DNA of 22,110 nt from an uncultured Aminicenantes bacterium. GTDB taxonomy: Bacteria; Acidobacteriota; Aminicenantia; UBA2199. Shown here piece by piece: positions 17,186-22,110 of this stretch. The translations under genes and the position numbers were made by a program. The DNA is taken from NCBI GenBank assembly GCA_965195285.1, contig CBDAFS010000013.1, positions 1 through 22,110 of the forward strand, written 5' to 3'. The notes under the pieces are model-generated. The model was given only the letters and a program-made list of their open reading frames with translations. It did not search any database and was not told the origin of the DNA. Each line of letters opens with the position of its first letter. Position 1 is the first letter of the stretch.

Positions 17186-18643
17186 TTATTGAGGAAGATT
17201 TTTCATACCATATCTTCGGGCTTCTTCTTCCATACGGCGGGTCAGTTCAGATTTCATACCCTCAGGTAAGGGTGAGGGTTGATAGGAGTCTATTAACCGT
17301 GTCACCTCCTGAGTAGCACGCTCTTTAAGCGTTAAGGCTCCTTCTTCTCTCCATCGGGAAAGATTGGCTCGATCAATCACCTTGCCCGGGAAATAATGCT
17401 CCTCCTTCAGATAACGACGGGTATGAGTTGAAATGAGCAGATGTTTTTCCTGCAGTAATTCCTTAAAAATAGGAAGAGCCGGGAAGTCTTCCTTGGGTTC
17501 AATCCCCCGAATCATTCGAAGAACCATTCCGCATATCTCATTATCAAGAACCAGTTTTTCAAGGCTCTGGCAATTCTCGAAATCCAGCATACCAGGACCA
17601 GAAATATTGTTGATCCCGCTCAGGGCTGCCAAAGTGGCTCCCATGGATGATTCTAATCCTGCCTGGGCATCCAGATTTTTGGCATCACTCAATGAGATAT
17701 AGGCCTGAGTCGGGATTCCCAGGTACTTACCGATTTCATTGTAGGCACAATCAATCATCTGGGTTTCCACCGCCCCCATTGGGGTGGTTTCATATCTGAT
17801 ATCAAAAAAAGCAGGAGAACCACCATACAGTAACGGAGCCCCGGGATTTGAAAGCTGACTTATAACAATTCCACTGAGGGTTTCTGCAGTATGCTCTACC
17901 AGAGTTCCAACCAGGGTAACCGGTGCCATAAAACCGGAAAGTGGCATGGAAATAAACTCAACCGGGATGCCCCACTGGGCGCAATCCACCACATTTTGTG
18001 AAGTTACATCACTCCATTTCAGAGGAGAAGTGGGGCAACAGGAAAAAACCGTCAGGGGTTTTTCTCTCAATGCATTTTCACTTCCCCTTACGATTAACTG
18101 TAAATCCCTCATCACATTAAAGGCATCTACTGTAAACGTACCGGTAACCACAGGTTTTTTACAATATAACAGGCTGAGGTAAAGGCGATAACTGTCTGAT
18201 ATCTTTTCCACAACATCAGAGGGAATAAATGCCGTACTCTGGGAAGTAATATGTTCCAGACCTTCCACCAGCTTGGCATACCGGATATAATCATGAGTAG
18301 TGGGTTTACGGATTTGATCGGTCTGGCCATCCAATATATGCAGGGCTGCCGAACCGGGAGTGAAATACACATTGTAATCTGAGAAATCATGGGTTTCATT
18401 TCCCAAAACATCATACAATTTAAAGGCAGAGGGAACGGATTTCAGAGCATCGTCAATAATTTCATTGGTATATATTACCTGAAAATTTTCCATATCCACG
18501 ATTGCACCATGATCGGATAAAAGAGCCAAAATCTGTTTGTTATGAATCCTGGTACCGAGTTTACACAGGATATCTCTGGATTCCGAAATGATTCTCTCAA
18601 TTAGATCATTGGATAAGAATTTCAAAGTCGGTCTTGCAGACAT
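17186..18643 (-). CDS. Trimethylamine methyltransferase (MttB) superfamily protein, non-pyrrolysine
   Basis: PTSPLKW, APVTLVGTL, PGAPLLYG, LSDAKNLDAQAGLES and GPGMLDFE motifs; uninterrupted 485 aa; CAGGAGG SD. Confidence 0.93.
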   Translation of the reverse strand: MSARPTLKFLSNDLIERIISESRDILCKLGTRIHNKQILALLSDHGAIVDMENFQVIYTNEIIDDALKSVPSAFKLYDVLGNETHDFSDYNVYFTPGSAALHILDGQTDQIRKPTTHDYIRYAKLVEGLEHITSQSTAFIPSDVVEKISDSYRLYLSLLYCKKPVVTGTFTVDAFNVMRDLQLIVRGSENALREKPLTVFSCCPTSPLKWSDVTSQNVVDCAQWGIPVEFISMPLSGFMAPVTLVGTLVEHTAETLSGIVISQLSNPGAPLLYGGSPAFFDIRYETTPMGAVETQMIDCAYNEIGKYLGIPTQAYISLSDAKNLDAQAGLESSMGATLAALSGINNISGPGMLDFENCQSLEKLVLDNEICGMVLRMIRGIEPKEDFPALPIFKELLQEKHLLISTHTRRYLKEEHYFPGKVIDRANLSRWREEGALTLKERATQEVTRLIDSYQPSPLPEGMKSELTRRMEEEARRYGMKNLPQ

Positions 18644-18677
18644 TATGGTTCCTCCTGTTATCGGGGCTGATAAAAAA

Positions 18678-18706
18678 ATTATAGATAATCAGGCTATTAA
18701 AGTCAA
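18678..18706 (-). promoter_or_regulatory. sigma70 promoter heading the mttB-...-purL-rarA gene run
   Basis: TTGACT-17 bp-TATAAT on the minus strand, about 35 bp upstream of the ATG. Confidence 0.8.
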
Positions 18707-18747
18707 TTATCGGAATATGTCTCGGGGCCAGCTTGACAGGCGACTCT

Positions 18748-19563
18748 TCAGCCCAGTGCCACATCGAGGATCATCATCACCGTAAAACCTATCATGGTTG
18801 CCATGGTTACTATATCAATATTTGCATCGTTCCGCTGAGATTCCGGAATCAGTTCTTCCACCACTACAAAAATCATTGCTCCGGCAGCAAAGCAAAGTGC
18901 ATAGGGCAGGATGCTCTGTATATTAAGAACAAATACTGCTCCGAGCACCCCGGCAATGGGTTCAACCAGACCGGATGCCTGCCCCATAATGAAGCTCTTC
19001 GTCCGCCCCATTCCTTCTCTCCTCAATGGTAACGATACCGCAGCTCCTTCCGGGAAATTCTGGAGACCGATTCCGATTGCCAACGCAATGGCGCCGCCAA
19101 GCGTAGCAGAAGGAAGATGGGCTGCCACAGCCCCGAAAGCAACGCCGACAGCAAGACCTTCGGGGATATTATGCAGTGTGATTGCAAGTACCAGCAGCGT
19201 GCTACGCTGCCAGGATGTCTTTATTCCCTCACTTTGCTCTATAGCCAATCTTGAATGAAGATGCGGCAGTAAACGATCAGCCAGTCTCATGAAAAGCCCA
19301 CCACCCATGAAGCCAATTACGGCTGTCAGCCATGGGATGTGGCCCATCTGTTGGGCCATTTCTATGCCAGGAGCTAGCAGAGACCAGAAGCTTGCAGCAA
19401 TCATGACACCGGCAGCGAAACCGAGCATAGAATCCATGAGTTTTGGTTTTACCGTCTTTGTAAAGAAAACGAGTGCCGCTCCTGCCGCAGTCACGCCCCA
19501 GGTAAAGAGCGTAGCCATAAGCGCCTGCATGATGGGACTATATTGTTGAAAAAAGTCGATCAT
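18748..19563 (-). CDS. ZIP family (ZupT/GufA-like) divalent metal transporter
   Basis: GFAAGVMIAASFWSLL, HNIPEGLAVG, QNFPEG and ELIPE motifs; likely ATG at 19563 after AAAGGA (the ORF-track TTG lies in the attC R' box). Confidence 0.95.
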   Translation of the reverse strand: MIDFFQQYSPIMQALMATLFTWGVTAAGAALVFFTKTVKPKLMDSMLGFAAGVMIAASFWSLLAPGIEMAQQMGHIPWLTAVIGFMGGGLFMRLADRLLPHLHSRLAIEQSEGIKTSWQRSTLLVLAITLHNIPEGLAVGVAFGAVAAHLPSATLGGAIALAIGIGLQNFPEGAAVSLPLRREGMGRTKSFIMGQASGLVEPIAGVLGAVFVLNIQSILPYALCFAAGAMIFVVVEELIPESQRNDANIDIVTMATMIGFTVMMILDVALG

Positions 19564-19575
19564 CTTATTTCCTTT

Positions 19576-19645
19576 CGCCAACGATTGAGTTCACCTGCAT
19601 TTTGGATCGAAGCGGAAAAATGTCAGGTGCAACGATTTGTTAGGC
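19576..19645 (-). mobile_element. attC: attC site (canonical)
   Basis: Minus strand: GCCTAAC AAATC GTTGCAC CTGACATTTT...AAAATGCAG GTGAAC TCAATC GTTGGCG; 5/6-bp spacers and an extrahelical base in L''. Confidence 0.92.
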
Positions 19646-19652
19646 AATTAAT

Positions 19653-19739
19653 TTATTTAGTATGTCTTTTTGTATACAATAGATTGTCACTACCTATTAA
19701 TATCATAATTGGTATTAGTTTAACAGTAAGAATTTTCAT
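19653..19739 (-). pseudogene. 28-aa stub ORF, probable remnant of a deleted cassette gene
   Basis: MKILTVKLIPIMILIGSDNLLYTKRHTK, signal-peptide-like start, stops 7 bp before the attC R'' box. Confidence 0.3.
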
Positions 19740-19831
19740 ATTATTTTCCCTTAGTATTATTACAGCACTTAAATTTTCTTGAAACCGAAAATCTATTAAA
19801 CAGCTGGTCGCAATTGAACTTTATTGCAATA

Positions 19832-20950
19832 TTATCTCATTGCTTTGATAATGCGCTTATTTACATTCTGCATATAGATTTCGATAATGATGGAAATTAA
19901 TAAAAGTGCTATAATCACGAAAAAAACTATTGGATCTTGTTTTATCGTTTGAATGCTAAAAATAACCAGAACAGTGAAATTTGATAAAAAAGCTAAACCG
20001 ACTATGATTTTTGAAGCATTAGTCTCTAAGGTCAAACTTTTTAGGTGCCCCAGATGTACAACCGAGTAGACAATAAGGTAGACGATACTTCCAAGGATAG
20101 CGATTCTAGAGAGATCAAGAAAGTTTGCAACAAGCAGGATAAGAATCGATGTTGTTAACAGGCCAGCAGTGCCAGCATGCCATAACTTACGTCCTGTGAA
20201 GTTGGGTAGCTCGCCATCTTTAGCCAGAAGTAGCGTCATGTTTGCCGTGCTATATAGATTGGCATTAATACTCGATGCAGCAGACATTAGTGCAGTAAGG
20301 GAAATAATGGTAAAGCCTATCTGTCCAAAAATTGGTTTTGCAGCTTCTGCCATTGCATAATCTTTTGCTCGAATGATATCAGACAATTCGAGATTACCAA
20401 ATACTGCAAATGAGGCTCCAACATAGATAAATATAACAATCCCGATAGCACCGTAGATAGCTCGAGGCAGGGTATGCGATGGGTTGGGCATATCTTCAAC
20501 CGTATTGGTAATAACACCAAAACCATGATAAGCAAGTAGACAAATCGCCACTGTACTTAAAATGCTGACAATAGAAACATTGCTACCTTGCATGGAAAGG
20601 AGTTCTGGTTTGATTAACAGCGAACCACCAATAATGAATATCGCTAAGATGAATATTTTTGAAATAACAATAAATTTCTCTACTTTGCCGACCACATCTG
20701 CACCAACAAAATTGATAAATGTTAGTATTATAATTATGACTGAAGCGAAAATATTGATCAGAAGTCCTGAAGGGTGAGATGTAAATAAAGTTACTGCATA
20801 GCTGCCAAAAGCCTTGGCAACCATAGCCATAACCACGGTAATCGAAAAGTAAAGAAGGATTGAAAGAACACCAGTGATGTAGCCACTACCGTACCCATGA
20901 ACCAAATATTCAACAATTCCGCCTGAAGAAGGGTACTTAACCCCAAGAAT
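19832..20950 (-). pseudogene. APC family amino-acid permease, 5'-truncated
   Basis: Frame is open back to 20950 (LGVKYPSSGGIVEYL, an internal APC loop) but is preceded by TAA TAA with no start or first TM helices; AYHGFGVI..EDMPNP motif. Confidence 0.8.
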
Positions 20951-20953
20951 TTA

Positions 20954-21802
20954 TTAACCCTTTGCACCGGATCCTATGGAATAAAGTTTTTTATCTGATC
21001 CAAGTTTTTCAGATGGACCCAGCACCATTCGCCAGCAAGGCACTTCTTCCTCTAAAGATTGAATAGCCTTGAAAAATTCAACTGCCTTCATATTACTCTC
21101 AAGCACTCCAATTCTCATATTATGATTGTGCAATTCAATTGCAAAGGTTTCAATTAGTTCATTAGGAGTAATACGGTCTGATAAAACTGCTAAAGGAACT
21201 ACAGAAATAACATCAATACCAGGACGCCCAAATATATAACCGGTGATTGAATTTTCAATTTTTGACACAAAACATAAATTGGGAAACAATTCATATCGAC
21301 GTCTAAGAAAAAAACCACGATCATCCCCAAAGGCCTGGGTATCAAGGTCGCAAATTTTAATTAAATCATCTGGTGTAGCCTTCTGAACCAAAGGACTATT
21401 TCTGCCTTTTATCTTTCCCTCAAACCGTAGAGATTTTGTGATTTTTCTGAATCCATATTTTGTGTAAATTGGAACCGCATCCAGGTCAGCGTCCAGGTAT
21501 ATATTTTGGATACCATTAGATTGGAGATATTGGATTGTATGCTCAAATAGTTTACTTCCATATCCACGACCACGCATTTCTTTAATAATAACCAATTCAC
21601 CAATAAAACCATTGGTTTGATACGGTATCGCTACACAAATTCCAATTTTCTTTGAATCTTTCTCAGCAACAAAACAACCGTTGGGATTAAAGGAAAGAAA
21701 ACTTTTGAATACTTCTCTGGTTTCACTTGCCCACCCTTCCTTACTGGTGCAGTGATAAGCAAATTCGATGTCAGAATGATTCATATTTCTGATTAACATC
21801 AT
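20954..21802 (-). CDS. GNAT N-acetyltransferase, tandem-domain (YitH-like)
   Basis: GFIGELVIIKEMRGRGYGSKL motif A and IYTKYGF; second domain DTQAFGDDR. Confidence 0.9.
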   Translation of the reverse strand: MMLIRNMNHSDIEFAYHCTSKEGWASETREVFKSFLSFNPNGCFVAEKDSKKIGICVAIPYQTNGFIGELVIIKEMRGRGYGSKLFEHTIQYLQSNGIQNIYLDADLDAVPIYTKYGFRKITKSLRFEGKIKGRNSPLVQKATPDDLIKICDLDTQAFGDDRGFFLRRRYELFPNLCFVSKIENSITGYIFGRPGIDVISVVPLAVLSDRITPNELIETFAIELHNHNMRIGVLESNMKAVEFFKAIQSLEEEVPCWRMVLGPSEKLGSDKKLYSIGSGAKG

Positions 21803-21867
21803 TAATTCCTATCCATGCGATAAAAGTCCCAAACATACTATCATATTACCTACTCATTTTTTTCGGG

Positions 21868-21924
21868 GCATAACATTTGAAATCACCGACTCGTTTACGC
21901 GTCCGGTGCATTGATTTGTTATGC
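21868..21924 (-). mobile_element. attC: attC site (short, 57 bp)
   Basis: Minus strand: GCATAAC AAATC AATGCAC CGGAC...GTCG GTGATT TCAAAT GTTATGC; the upstream ORF stop TAA lies inside R''. Confidence 0.9.
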
Positions 21925-22110
21925 ATTGACATCTAAGATCATTGTCCAAGCATTACCAACTACATCGTACTTTATGAATCCCTCTGAAATATATAGATGA
22001 TGTACCGGATTATCTTTTTCAACACTCAGGCTAATATGTTCGATTCCTTGAATTAAGGCTTCATGTACAAGTTCCCGAATAAGTGATCGACCAATTCCTT
22101 TGCATCGACA
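21919..22110 (-). CDS. GNAT N-acetyltransferase, C-terminal part (5' end beyond window)
   Basis: Manual translation CRCKGIGRSLI...ISLSVEKDNPVHHLYISEGF...VNA*; absent from the ORF track. Confidence 0.85.
   Translation of the reverse strand, partial: CRCKGIGRSLIRELVHEALIQGIEHISLSVEKDNPVHHLYISEGFIKYDVVGNAWTMILDVNA

Larger units (their letters stand above)
18748..22110 (-). mobile_element. Integron gene-cassette array, right array (distal end); continues beyond window end
   Basis: Two well-formed attC sites (19576-19645, 21868-21924) with co-oriented ORFs of mixed composition. Confidence 0.8.

Noticed and set aside
17186-18643. Pyrrolysine recoding in the MttB homologue
   Set aside because: The ORF is uninterrupted with Leu at the relevant position; no pyl genes in the window
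18644-18747. Possible cobalamin or SAM riboswitch upstream of the B12 module
   Set aside because: Only about 30 nt of leader after the promoter; no B12-box or S-box motif seen
19543-19782. 79-aa plus-strand ORF
   Set aside because: Spans the attC antisense; no SD or motif
577-21924. Palindromic repeats considered as CRISPR repeats, REP elements or terminators
   Set aside because: No regular repeat-spacer period and no U-tracts; R/L box geometry with 5/6-bp spacers fits attC
1-22110. Integrase, transposase, tRNA or rRNA genes
   Set aside because: No tyrosine-recombinase or DDE motifs in any ORF, and no structured RNA gene recognised in the short intergenic regions

Overview
Bacterial chromosomal window. 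A ~16 kb housekeeping/metabolic core (2834-18706) lies mostly on the minus strand. It contains a four-gene cobalamin methyl-transfer module (non-pyrrolysine MttB-family methyltransferase, MetH reactivation-like protein, corrinoid protein, homocysteine S-methyltransferase), followed by purL, rarA, a SAM methyltransferase, trmJ-like, cysS and hemW, plus a divergent yfcC/purM pair. Both sides of the core are integron-type gene-cassette arrays, recognisable from five attC-like sites that all share the minus orientation and belong to one sequence family. No integron integrase is present in the window. The left array starts at an attI-like site just after purM and carries an Asp/Glu racemase, a collapsed oxidoreductase remnant, a small membrane protein and two self-promoted toxin-antitoxin modules. 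The right array carries two GNAT acetyltransferases, a 5'-truncated APC permease and a ZIP metal transporter. The most notable items are the apparently folate-independent split methionine synthase and the integrase-less arrays, whose left-side attC sites all look disabled. All calls are from motif recognition by eye; no searches were run.
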